Below, piece after piece: positions 10,072-19,176 of a stretch of DNA of 64,000 bases; position 1 is the first letter of the stretch, and each line of letters starts with the position of its first letter. Made by a program: the position numbers and the translations under genes. A model generated the notes under the pieces. That model had not been told where the DNA came from and did no database searches. It saw only the letters and a list, made by a program, of their open reading frames with translations. The DNA is from a virus: IMG/VR virus record IMGVR_UViG_3300022921_001386; one strand, given 5' to 3'.

Positions 10072-11461
10072 CAAAAATATCTTTCATCTCAGGGAATGTT
10101 TTAGCAAATGTAATACCACGTTGTTTGTCGCATAGGTTTATAAACTCTTGCATTTCCGGCAAGCGTCTGCTCCAGTCCTCTGATTCCATAAACTGTAGCA
10201 TACCTTTAAGACGTTTTATACCATAGGGCGCTGCATCAAACATTGCTTTAGTTACTTTGCCCTTGTGCCAGCTAGGTATGCCAAGTTCCCAGTTAGCTTC
10301 CCACCAAGGATAAAACTCTTCGTACTTTTTGCGTACTTCTGCTTTGAACCATTCTGGCAATACTTTAACATTTAGGTGCGGTGGATGGTATACAAAGTGA
10401 TAGTTTACTCCGCCTGCACCGAATGGCCACATATTAATCTTTTTAAATTTTTGTTCTAGTTTCCAACGAATAAAATCTGGTATGTAATATATGTTTAATG
10501 CTTGTACTGCACATGCTACAGTGATTTCTACATTGTTACTTGTTTCGTTGTCAAGTATATGAAATACTTCTTCTTGACGTTTCCAGTTACTTGGATAACG
10601 AATATAGTCATTCATCTCGTGTATACTATCTATTGAGTAATGAAAACGAACTACTTTAAACTCTTTCCATAGGTCAAACAAATCATCACGCCATTCAACG
10701 CCATTTGAGTTGTAGCGTAGTTCTAGATCTTTTGCATAGCCCATTTTAATAGCATGTTCAAGTATTTCGTAATGTTCTTCAATAATAAGACTTTCGCCGC
10801 CGGCAAAATAAATCTGTTGCATACTACCCATTTGATCATAGAACTGTTGCCAAAATACAGGATTTTGTTTGTGCCAGTTGTAGCTACTACCATTGGTGCT
10901 ACCTTTGTCTTGCCACTGCATTGTCTCTTTGAGACTTTCGTTTTTTACTTCAGGAAAGATTGATTTATAATCTTTAATCCAGCCACTACTATCATGCGGA
11001 CTACACATAACACAAGCAAGCTGACATTTGGTGCCAAAGCGTAAATCAATGTATGCTAAGTTAGGCGGTACTTCGCCATCTTCTGTAGTATCAGCAATCA
11101 GTTTGTCAACATCAGTACGCTGACTCCAATATGCTGTTTCCCACATACGTTTGCTATTATGTCCTGCTGCTTCTTCTCTGTAGCACTTTAAACAACTTGG
11201 AGGCTTTTCGCCATTCATCATCTGCTTGCGTACATTTTTCATATACTTGCTGTTCCACGCAGTTTGAAAATCTGTTACATTTAGGTTGTTTGGTTTGCCG
11301 TCATCTGTTTTAAGAATGCCAACTTGGCCGCCATGCTCTTTATCATTAGTAGCACCTACACTACTAGCGTTTGCTGTACAGCATACTCTCATACTGCCAT
11401 CTGGTCTTGTACTTAGGTGTACCCACGGAAGAATACAAAAGGTGTCACTTACTTTGCTCAT
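10064..11461 (-). CDS. Radical SAM protein with N-terminal Twitch-like domain
   Basis: FCILPW...VCC...SCLKCYREE; DLRFGTKCQLACVMC; FAGGES; YNSNG. Confidence 0.9.
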   Translation of the reverse strand: MSKVSDTFCILPWVHLSTRPDGSMRVCCTANASSVGATNDKEHGGQVGILKTDDGKPNNLNVTDFQTAWNSKYMKNVRKQMMNGEKPPSCLKCYREEAAGHNSKRMWETAYWSQRTDVDKLIADTTEDGEVPPNLAYIDLRFGTKCQLACVMCSPHDSSGWIKDYKSIFPEVKNESLKETMQWQDKGSTNGSSYNWHKQNPVFWQQFYDQMGSMQQIYFAGGESLIIEEHYEILEHAIKMGYAKDLELRYNSNGVEWRDDLFDLWKEFKVVRFHYSIDSIHEMNDYIRYPSNWKRQEEVFHILDNETSNNVEITVACAVQALNIYYIPDFIRWKLEQKFKKINMWPFGAGGVNYHFVYHPPHLNVKVLPEWFKAEVRKKYEEFYPWWEANWELGIPSWHKGKVTKAMFDAAPYGIKRLKGMLQFMESEDWSRRLPEMQEFINLCDKQRGITFAKTFPEMKDIFDG

Positions 11462-12522
11462 ACTGTACTTATGCCTTTATCTGCGTAGTTTATTTCATTA
11501 TGATATGCTTTATTTTTTGCACATGTTCTAATACATCTACTGAGATGTAATGGATGATTTGGTTGCCAACTTGCTGTTAATAAATCTTTATACCAAGGGT
11601 GTTGCATTATTTCTTCTTTGCTGTGTAACAGTAAACTATTCCAGCCAGGTTCAAATCTGTTTAGTTTCTGCATTATATCTTCTCTGTTTTTAAATGCACT
11701 ATCCCATAGAAAACAACACGGCCACATAGTTTGATCACTTGCTATAAATATTTCACCTTCATGGATATACTTACATATAATACTGTCAACTACTTCTTTA
11801 GTTTTTTCGGCATCAGCTTTATGAGATTTATACTCAGTAATAAACTTATCCAAGTCTTTCATTATATCTTTTTTACTATGCTCTTTACTGCCTGTGGTTG
11901 TAATAACTTTTTGTTCCGTTTGTTTTTTAGTTTTTATTTTTGCAACCCAATCGTGATAACTATTACGCATTCCAGTACGTGTAGCAAAATCAAATCCTAA
12001 TACTGCGGCATGTGCTCTAGCAGTAACTAGTTCTTGCTCATTGTGATCAAAAACTATGTAGATCCATGTAGCATGACGTTGTGGTGCTGCTTCAGAAAAT
12101 GCTATAATGTTGCGTTCTACAACACTCCATTTGGTGTTTACCCTATATATATGATTGGTGTTTTTGTGTCCGTCAATACAAAAATGTATATGCAACTTTC
12201 CTATATAAGTTGATGCAAGATCGCCTAGTTGTTTCCACCATGCTGCGGTATTATATCCACCGTTGGTACTATACTCACAATATGCACCTTGGCTAAGAAG
12301 GTATTCTGTCATAGCCAAACAATCAGGATTAACAATAGGATCTCCAAGAACTCCGCAAAACTTGAACTCTACTCCATTGTAATCTGCAGGAGGAAAAATA
12401 CGTTGCAAATCTTGCAACGTAAATGCGTTTATTTGCAACAATTCTTTGTTGAGTGTTCTTGCACACCCTGGACAAGCTGCATTACAATCGCTGGTTATTT
12501 CTAGTTCGACTTTTTTAATCAT
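11458..12522 (-). CDS. Radical SAM protein with C-terminal Twitch/SPASM-like domain
   Basis: ELEITSDCNAACPGCAR; CGVLGDP; STNG; C-terminal ICK...WPCC...RCIRTC. Start moved to ATG 12522 (ATGA overlap). Confidence 0.9.
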   Translation of the reverse strand: MIKKVELEITSDCNAACPGCARTLNKELLQINAFTLQDLQRIFPPADYNGVEFKFCGVLGDPIVNPDCLAMTEYLLSQGAYCEYSTNGGYNTAAWWKQLGDLASTYIGKLHIHFCIDGHKNTNHIYRVNTKWSVVERNIIAFSEAAPQRHATWIYIVFDHNEQELVTARAHAAVLGFDFATRTGMRNSYHDWVAKIKTKKQTEQKVITTTGSKEHSKKDIMKDLDKFITEYKSHKADAEKTKEVVDSIICKYIHEGEIFIASDQTMWPCCFLWDSAFKNREDIMQKLNRFEPGWNSLLLHSKEEIMQHPWYKDLLTASWQPNHPLHLSRCIRTCAKNKAYHNEINYADKGISTV

Positions 12523-13694
12523 ATTAAATCCACTAACTCTGGAAAGGTTTCTACAAAGTCGGTGTTCCTTTTTTGATCCCACATTTCTATTGTTTTTTTA
12601 AAGTTACGACGAAGGTTAGGATTATCATCTCTAATGTGTAGATAATCAAACAATCGATGATTTTTTTGTAGTTGTTGTAGTTTGTTGTTTGCAACGTTTA
12701 TTTGTTGATCATTTAGTAGTACTGGAGTATATGCAGTTGGACCGTGCCACGGTAATAACATCCAGTTGTTCATATCAATGTCATTGTCAATATACCATTG
12801 TTCTAATGTGTCTATGGTCAGTGCATTAAACAAGCTATAACTTGTTTGTACATATACAGTTGAAACTTCTTTTATCCGTTGATAGTTTTTTAGCCATTTT
12901 TCTTCTACCAACGGATATCTAATATAGGTACCACGTTTGCCAAAATGATCGTGACTGAATGTAATGTCAAAGTTTGTGAACTTTGATAGATAATCGTTTA
13001 CAATATCTTTGCCTTTGTATGTACTCACACTACCATTTGTATGCGATGTAATGTGTATGTCAAATATTTTATTATCAATCAACACATCAAATAGTTTATA
13101 ATACTGCTCTTGCATAAATGGCTCGCCGCCGTTACAGTGTATTGATTGTATTGTATCTGCATGTTGTAAAATATATTCAATAATAGGATCTATATTGTTA
13201 TTCCAATCACCGGATATATTAGTATGACGTATATCTAAATCTCTTTGTATTTCTATATCGGTATAATTTTTTGCCCATGTACTACTGAGTTCAGATTCGC
13301 ATCCTAAACATGCAAAGTTACAGTTATTGCTTACAAGTAAATCAACAAAAATAGGTTTTTGATCTGTTAGGTTAGCACTCATTACTTGCTTACTATAATG
13401 CATTGCCTTGTATGCATTTTCATTTGAAAACATTTGTACATTGTGTATGCTACCAGTTTGATTATAAAAACTACTACACGACTGACAGTTATTTTTAGGA
13501 TAGTTTCCTTGTAAAAAATCCTGGCGAGTAAGTTTTGCAGACTTGCTGTTGTACACTTCTTGTATAGAATTGTAGTTGTAGTTGCCAAAACTATTAGTAG
13601 CTGCACAACAAGGTTTTACAACACCATCTCTTCCAAAATATATTTGGTTAAATGGTGCATAACAAAATGTTTTGTCTTTCCAATGCGGCGTCAT
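12519..13694 (-). CDS. Radical SAM protein with N-terminal Twitch-like domain
   Basis: FCYAPF...GVVKPCC...NCQSC; CNFACLGC; NGGEPF; HTNGS. Confidence 0.9.
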   Translation of the reverse strand: MTPHWKDKTFCYAPFNQIYFGRDGVVKPCCAATNSFGNYNYNSIQEVYNSKSAKLTRQDFLQGNYPKNNCQSCSSFYNQTGSIHNVQMFSNENAYKAMHYSKQVMSANLTDQKPIFVDLLVSNNCNFACLGCESELSSTWAKNYTDIEIQRDLDIRHTNISGDWNNNIDPIIEYILQHADTIQSIHCNGGEPFMQEQYYKLFDVLIDNKIFDIHITSHTNGSVSTYKGKDIVNDYLSKFTNFDITFSHDHFGKRGTYIRYPLVEEKWLKNYQRIKEVSTVYVQTSYSLFNALTIDTLEQWYIDNDIDMNNWMLLPWHGPTAYTPVLLNDQQINVANNKLQQLQKNHRLFDYLHIRDDNPNLRRNFKKTIEMWDQKRNTDFVETFPELVDLI

Positions 13695-14770
13695 TTAAAC
13701 TGCTCTGCAAATGGATCAAACTCTTTGCCGCATTTCATACTGCATACTTTTAGTTTTCCATCGGCTATACTTTGTTTGTCCCAACTGTCTTGTATATTAT
13801 CAAAAATACCTGTATCAAACACTGCACGTAGCCCGTGTGTTTTAGCACTGATTGCATCCTTGCCGCCTGCTGCATCAATAAAATCCCATACTTGTTCTTG
13901 CTTAGGATCATTGTGCCACCATTTGTACATACGACCAGCTGTCCAACAACATGGCATAGCAAGCCCTTCAGCAGTAATAAACAAGTTTCCTTCATCTTTT
14001 ACTTTACAATGTATAGCAGCACGATCATAATAAGTGTCCATGCTGCCATGCTTTTCTTTTACTTTGTCGTATGCTTCGAGTGCCTTGTTTAAATATTTGG
14101 CATCTGGTTTTTTAAGTTTAGCAGTTTGTTCACCTTTACGGTTTACTGCCTGATGCGATTCTTTCTTTTCGCTTTGTGCTGTTACAAATCTGCCTGTTTT
14201 CTTTTTGATGAATCTTTCACACCCCCAGGCATTAGCAAGTGCTTCTGCTTCTTCGACCTGATGTTGATTGTGTTCAAAGATTAGGAAGTCCCAACGTGCT
14301 CTGCCACCGGCATCTATAAATGCTCTCATGTTGCGTTCTACATTATCCCAAACAACACCCTGTCTATAAAGATGATTAGTATCACGCAATCCATCTACAC
14401 TGAATATAACTGCACCCATACGTCCAAATACACTTGCAAGTTCTTTCCACCATTCTACACTTTTGGCTCCTGCGTTAGTATTCATACTCAACCACATCTT
14501 ATCATTATGCTCTCTGAAGTAACGGAATATTTCCAATGTGTCTCGTGCAACAATAGGATCGCCTAAGTTGCCGCACATGTACATTGTGTTTAGCTGTGCA
14601 ATAAACTCCGGTTCAAATATACGTTTACAATCATCTAGTGTAAGTTCACTCAAATCGATATGCGGATTTAATGCTCCGCCATTTTGATTGCGGTCGCACA
14701 TTGGACAACTGGCTTGACAGTTTTGTGTGTTTTCCAAGTGTATTGTTTTTATGTCTTCGTACTTATACAT
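13691..14770 (-). CDS. Radical SAM protein with C-terminal Twitch/SPASM-like domain
   Basis: ENTQNCQASCPMC; CGNLGDP; NTNAG; SVDG; C-terminal HCK...MPCC...VCSMKC; paralog of 11458..12522. Confidence 0.9.
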   Translation of the reverse strand: MYKYEDIKTIHLENTQNCQASCPMCDRNQNGGALNPHIDLSELTLDDCKRIFEPEFIAQLNTMYMCGNLGDPIVARDTLEIFRYFREHNDKMWLSMNTNAGAKSVEWWKELASVFGRMGAVIFSVDGLRDTNHLYRQGVVWDNVERNMRAFIDAGGRARWDFLIFEHNQHQVEEAEALANAWGCERFIKKKTGRFVTAQSEKKESHQAVNRKGEQTAKLKKPDAKYLNKALEAYDKVKEKHGSMDTYYDRAAIHCKVKDEGNLFITAEGLAMPCCWTAGRMYKWWHNDPKQEQVWDFIDAAGGKDAISAKTHGLRAVFDTGIFDNIQDSWDKQSIADGKLKVCSMKCGKEFDPFAEQFK

Positions 14771-14987
14771 CGTGTATCAACTTTACATCTTTACCAGGGC
14801 CAACCTTACTGGGCAAGTCGCCATACTGTTCTATATACCATTCAATAACAGCCTTGTACCAGTTTTGACTATTATGATGTGCTTTTTTATTAAACTGCCA
14901 AATATTATTGTTGGTTGCTTGTATTGTACTAAGAGCTCTTGCACTTTCTTTTTGCAGTTCTCTTACACTTAGTTCACTTATATCCAA
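14763..14987 (-). CDS. Small hypothetical protein (74 aa) within the radical SAM operon
   Basis: Overlaps both neighbours in operon fashion and fills the gap exactly; no family recognised. Confidence 0.7.
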   Translation of the reverse strand: MDISELSVRELQKESARALSTIQATNNNIWQFNKKAHHNSQNWYKAVIEWYIEQYGDLPSKVGPGKDVKLIHDV

Positions 14988-16017
14988 TTCTCATAAACCT
15001 TTTATATTGCGGTAGTTCTAGTTCTCCGCTGTATAACTCTTCACCTAGTGGTACTTGTTTTGTAAAACCTTCAAGAGTTTCGTGACAGTTAACATGTTCT
15101 TTAATTTCAAAATAGTTGTTACTTTGCATTATTACCAAACTTCCAAATGGTATACTGTTGTACCAACTATCAAAATTTTCTATGTGTTCACAACTGGTAT
15201 TTATAATCGTATCCGGAACTGTCCACAATCGTTGAGTTGTCCCGTCAGCTTTGTATACATCGTATATATGTTCGTCAAATCTTATTTCATGTATGTCTTC
15301 GGTACTAGCTTTAAACTTCCAGTTTTCCTCTACCCACTTTTTATTAAATATTTCTGCTATTTTCCAAACATTTGGATCAACATCAAAACTGCGAATATTT
15401 TCTATTTTCATTCCGCTTTCAAACAACATAGTAGCAAGAGTAGCATACCATCCTGCACAAAGAAATACTTTACCTAGTTCTACATTACATTTTTTAAGTT
15501 CATTTATTAGCCAAAGTTTACTTTGTAACTGACCTCTACTAAAACAATCTTCGTCTATTTCGATATTATTGATTTGAAAGTTTTTAAATGCGTCAACAAA
15601 ATAAGTGCTATCTTTATCTTTTAAAAGTCTAAATATACTCCATATATTATCATCCATTACAGCTTTTTTTAAATCTTCGTTGCCAACTAATCTAAAAATA
15701 CTATGCATATTATCTTCAAGAACTGCTTTTCTTAAATCTTCGTTGCCCGGAAGTAATCTAAATAAACTATGTAAGTTTTGTTCTAGTACTACTTTACGCA
15801 AATCTTCAACTTCGCCAATAGCACGTATATTATCTATACATCGAAAAATGCTATGAATATTTTTTGTTAAAATAGCACTACATAAATCATCATTAGACGT
15901 AAACTCTAATATAGAACTCAAATCATAATCAATATATGCACGGCGTAAGTTTTTAAAATATTCATCTTGTGGATTTAATATTTCAAATCTATCTAATAGC
16001 TTATGTATTTCCATCAT
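14974..16017 (-). CDS. Putative class I SAM-dependent methyltransferase with N-terminal helical repeats
   Basis: SKLWL...VFLCAGWYATL (motif I-like), RSFDVDP, IINTSCEH, MQSNNY; N-terminal ~21-aa repeats. Confidence 0.65.
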   Translation of the reverse strand: MMEIHKLLDRFEILNPQDEYFKNLRRAYIDYDLSSILEFTSNDDLCSAILTKNIHSIFRCIDNIRAIGEVEDLRKVVLEQNLHSLFRLLPGNEDLRKAVLEDNMHSIFRLVGNEDLKKAVMDDNIWSIFRLLKDKDSTYFVDAFKNFQINNIEIDEDCFSRGQLQSKLWLINELKKCNVELGKVFLCAGWYATLATMLFESGMKIENIRSFDVDPNVWKIAEIFNKKWVEENWKFKASTEDIHEIRFDEHIYDVYKADGTTQRLWTVPDTIINTSCEHIENFDSWYNSIPFGSLVIMQSNNYFEIKEHVNCHETLEGFTKQVPLGEELYSGELELPQYKRFMRIGYK

Positions 16018-17644
16018 ACTTTTCCTTTAACCAATCAAAGTCATTGATGTTTTTTAGTGCTACAATATTGCCTTTATTACGAGTACCGTATGCGGTTCCT
16101 GCTTTGGCACCTTGCAAAGCATCTTCTCCGAACGGAGTATCAGGTAATACATGCATACACCAAGTCCTTAAACGTTCATTGGTTTCTTTACTTTTTTGCC
16201 TATCAATAACTTTACTCGATAACTTTGCACATTCTCTAAATGCACTTTTCCATGCATTAAAGGGATCTGTATTAAATGCTGTGATATTTGAAACCTTTGG
16301 CATAGCTACAAACTTATCACTAATACTTGTAGTCATGTCGGCTTTGCTAGTGTCCATGTTGAGTGTTTCGTGTCTTGGAAATAACTTAATACCTCCGTAT
16401 CCGTAGACTAACCCATTTACTGGATTCTTGCTACGCCATACATGCACATGATTATACTGCCAAGTAGGAACTTGCCAATCAAAATTAAAATCATCAACAA
16501 CTACAGCATCGCCATCGACTATATAAAACATAGGTGTATCACATGCTTTTGCTGCTTCAATATGTGCTTGATGTATTCCTTTAACTCCGTGTACTCTATG
16601 TATTACTCTGTCTGGAAATCTAGTTTTTAGATTTTCAAAATTTTCATTTGCATTTGGTTCTTGGTAACTAATAAACACTATATCATACAGTTTAGGCATA
16701 CTAGCTAAAGTATCATATTCTTTTTTGTTAGCAATAAATCTAAATAACCATTCACGTCTGCTAATTTTAGCATGTTTACTACAAAGTATAACTCCGTCGT
16801 GGAATTTGCCGTTTAAAAAAACATGATTTATTTTTCTATCAAAAGTATTGTCATGTGTAAAGTAGTGATCAAAGTTAAAATCATTAGATACAATAACATT
16901 AGACGGAACAACATAAAACATTTCTGTACTACTTGTTTTTAATGCCAACAAATAATCATCATATGTATCAATATTAAAAACGTCATATTGCGCAGGACCA
17001 CTAGCTACTGTTTTATGTTCAATTTTATTAACTATAAACCTGTGTTCAATTTCTTTTTTTGATAATTCAGCTTTTTTACTACAAAGGAATAGGCCATTAT
17101 ATAACTCTTTGTCATTAACTTGATGCACAAATGCATGATTTTGCGAAAGTAGCTGTACTTCGCGATGTGGAATATAATAGTTGTTAACAAACTCTGTATT
17201 AATGCTGATATTAGCGGTACTCATCCAAAACATATCTGTCTTGCTAGTTTCTAATGCAGACAGATAATCTGCATATGTATCAATATTAAAAACGTCATAC
17301 GCACAAGGACTACTTGCTTGTATATCAACTTCTTTTTTATTAACAAAAAATCGATGTTGCAACTCTTTAACTGACACCTCCGAAGATTTTGGTATTAGAC
17401 AAACTCCATCATAATATTCATTGTTTTTAAATACATGTACATACTCTGTGCTCCATGCATCTGGCTCGTAATCAAAGTTAAAGTCATTGTTTATTATAAT
17501 GTCAGGCCAGACTACCCAAAACATCTTAGTAATACAAATACGCTTTGCATCATCTAATGTGCTTGCATGTTTTAAAAAAGGAAATCGTTGTTTTGCAGAC
17601 TTCCACTGTTTGTTTTTTTCGCCAATAAAGATTATATCATACAT
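16001..17644 (-). CDS. Glycosyltransferase-like (GT-A fold) protein with internal domain repeats
   Basis: C-terminal YDIVFISYQEPNA...VHGVKG..AH..AA...YIVDGD (DxD)...YGYGGIKLFP...AWKSAFRE; paralog of 23678..24607. Start moved to ATG 17644, just downstream of a promoter. Confidence 0.7.
   Translation of the reverse strand: MYDIIFIGEKNKQWKSAKQRFPFLKHASTLDDAKRICITKMFWVVWPDIIINNDFNFDYEPDAWSTEYVHVFKNNEYYDGVCLIPKSSEVSVKELQHRFFVNKKEVDIQASSPCAYDVFNIDTYADYLSALETSKTDMFWMSTANISINTEFVNNYYIPHREVQLLSQNHAFVHQVNDKELYNGLFLCSKKAELSKKEIEHRFIVNKIEHKTVASGPAQYDVFNIDTYDDYLLALKTSSTEMFYVVPSNVIVSNDFNFDHYFTHDNTFDRKINHVFLNGKFHDGVILCSKHAKISRREWLFRFIANKKEYDTLASMPKLYDIVFISYQEPNANENFENLKTRFPDRVIHRVHGVKGIHQAHIEAAKACDTPMFYIVDGDAVVVDDFNFDWQVPTWQYNHVHVWRSKNPVNGLVYGYGGIKLFPRHETLNMDTSKADMTTSISDKFVAMPKVSNITAFNTDPFNAWKSAFRECAKLSSKVIDRQKSKETNERLRTWCMHVLPDTPFGEDALQGAKAGTAYGTRNKGNIVALKNINDFDWLKEKYDGNT
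16960..17299. repeat. 28-bp perfect direct repeat (16960-16987 and 17272-17299)
   Basis: catatgtatcaatattaaaaacgtcata occurs twice, 312 bp (104 codons) apart; encodes YDVFNIDTY in both copies. Confidence 0.9.
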
Positions 17645-17650
17645 ACAGTA

Positions 17651-17679
17651 GTTATAACATATTTTAATCAACAAGTCAA
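17651..17679 (-). promoter_or_regulatory. sigma70-type promoter heading the radical SAM/QueC operon
   Basis: TTGACT-17 bp-TATAAC with extended -10 TG; the ATG lies 6 nt after the -10 hexamer. Confidence 0.7.
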
Positions 17680-17692
17680 GAACAGAATGTGA

Positions 17693-17698
17693 TAAATA
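17693..17698 (+). promoter_or_regulatory. Putative T4-type late promoter core (TAAATA)
   Basis: gaTAAATAct upstream of GAGG and ATG 17722; the same motif precedes many structural genes. Confidence 0.6.
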
Positions 17699-17721
17699 CT
17701 AGAGAAGAGGAACCAACAAAC

Positions 17722-19137
17722 ATGACCGATTTTATACCAGGTGAAGCATACCGACTAGATATTATTACAGCAGACGAGACAGTGATTGTCGACAGCTGGC
17801 AGGGACAGATTAAAGCAAGTGTTGTTGATATCAATGGTATTATACTAGTCGATGTTGATACTGGAAACTTATACGGTACGTTAGTTGGTACAATTGAAGA
17901 CGCTAACGGCAATACTGTTTTATCCTCAACAGGTGATCTAACTGGTAGTGTTACTGGTAGTGTATACGACAACGACGGTGCTTTAGCATTTGATGGCGAA
18001 AACGGAACGGTTATTGCTAATGTTGTTGGCAATGTTGTAGATAGCGAAGGCGATATTATTGTTAATACCGGAGCAAAATCTATTACTGCTAATAGTATTA
18101 CAGGTGATTTTTATGGCAACCTAACAGGTAGCATCACAGCAGATAGTGTAATATACGGTACATTTAATGGCGATTTTAACGGTACAAGTTATGGAGACTT
18201 TTTTGGAGATACTACAGGTACACACACAGGCGATGTAGTAGGTGATGTAGTAGGTGATGTAACAGGCAATGTCACAGGCAATCTTACTGGCGAACTACTT
18301 GCTATCCAGCCAGGCGATGATATTGCTACACGTCTTACCGGACATAACAACACTGGCGGATACAATCAGTGGGAGTTTTACGGTGGACTTGCACACCCAG
18401 TGTATCCTGCAGAAGATGCTGTTGCACGTGGTCCTATAGTAAATATTGGTGCAACTAGAGCCGACACAGAAGTAAGAGCCAACTTAAATCATTATGATGG
18501 CACGCCAGTGATGAGATTGTCGTTGGAGAGTTTGCCGACTTACAAAGCTGATTTTATGGGAAGACTTATTGGAGCAGTTGCATACGACACACAAGGCGAT
18601 GATGGTATTACTAATATTATATCTGGAGAAAGCAATGGTACACGTATTAGTGGCATAAATGATAAGATAAATATTGGTGATGAAAATGACGAAGTAAATA
18701 TCATTGCCGATAGTCTAACTATACAAACGGATTCAATAGACTCGCTTTCGCATAGAGGATCAAATAATAACAAAACATCTCTACTAAACAATGACGAACT
18801 TTTAAGTATTGAAAGTTGGGGTTACAACGGAACTGAATACAAACGAGGCGGAATGTTTGGATTTAAAGTTGACGGCACACCTGATGCAAACGGAAATACC
18901 ATACCAACAGGGTTTGGTGTTCAGCTGAGTACATCTACTAGTACACACGTTACAAATATAGCAAACAGACTAGAGTTTAATAACAAAGGTGTATTAGAAG
19001 TTCCAATATTTAAAGCAAGAGGCACCACATTTGCCGACAGAGATAGTATGATAGCAGAAGCAGGCATGATATTATTTAATACTAGCAACAACAAGTTTCA
19101 AGGATACAACGGAACTTCTTGGGTTGACTTAGGTTAA
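17722..19137 (+). CDS. Putative virion fibre/structural protein with TG(D/N)(V/L) repeats
   Basis: Tetrapeptide repeats (TGDVVGDVVGDVTGNVTGNLTG); C-terminal AGMILFNTSNNKFQGYNGTSW module typical of T4-like fibre proteins; late promoter. Start moved to ATG 17722. Confidence 0.65.
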   Translation: MTDFIPGEAYRLDIITADETVIVDSWQGQIKASVVDINGIILVDVDTGNLYGTLVGTIEDANGNTVLSSTGDLTGSVTGSVYDNDGALAFDGENGTVIANVVGNVVDSEGDIIVNTGAKSITANSITGDFYGNLTGSITADSVIYGTFNGDFNGTSYGDFFGDTTGTHTGDVVGDVVGDVTGNVTGNLTGELLAIQPGDDIATRLTGHNNTGGYNQWEFYGGLAHPVYPAEDAVARGPIVNIGATRADTEVRANLNHYDGTPVMRLSLESLPTYKADFMGRLIGAVAYDTQGDDGITNIISGESNGTRISGINDKINIGDENDEVNIIADSLTIQTDSIDSLSHRGSNNNKTSLLNNDELLSIESWGYNGTEYKRGGMFGFKVDGTPDANGNTIPTGFGVQLSTSTSTHVTNIANRLEFNNKGVLEVPIFKARGTTFADRDSMIAEAGMILFNTSNNKFQGYNGTSWVDLG

Positions 19138-19152
19138 AATATATGTTATAGT
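19124..19152 (+). promoter_or_regulatory. sigma70-type promoter for the adenylation/halogenase/GNAT operon
   Basis: TTGACT-17 bp-TATAGT with extended -10 TG; AGGAG RBS before GTG 19177. Confidence 0.7.
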
Positions 19153-19176
19153 TAAAAAAAGATCATAGGAGCACAA

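Noticed and set aside
14763-14987. PqqD/RRE or acyl carrier protein
   Set aside because: No recognisable PqqD pattern and no (D/N)S(L/I) phosphopantetheine motif in an ACP-like context.
18229-18291. CRISPR-like or non-coding repeat array
   Set aside because: 12-bp in-frame coding repeats without spacers; no CRISPR array or tRNA was recognised anywhere in the window.
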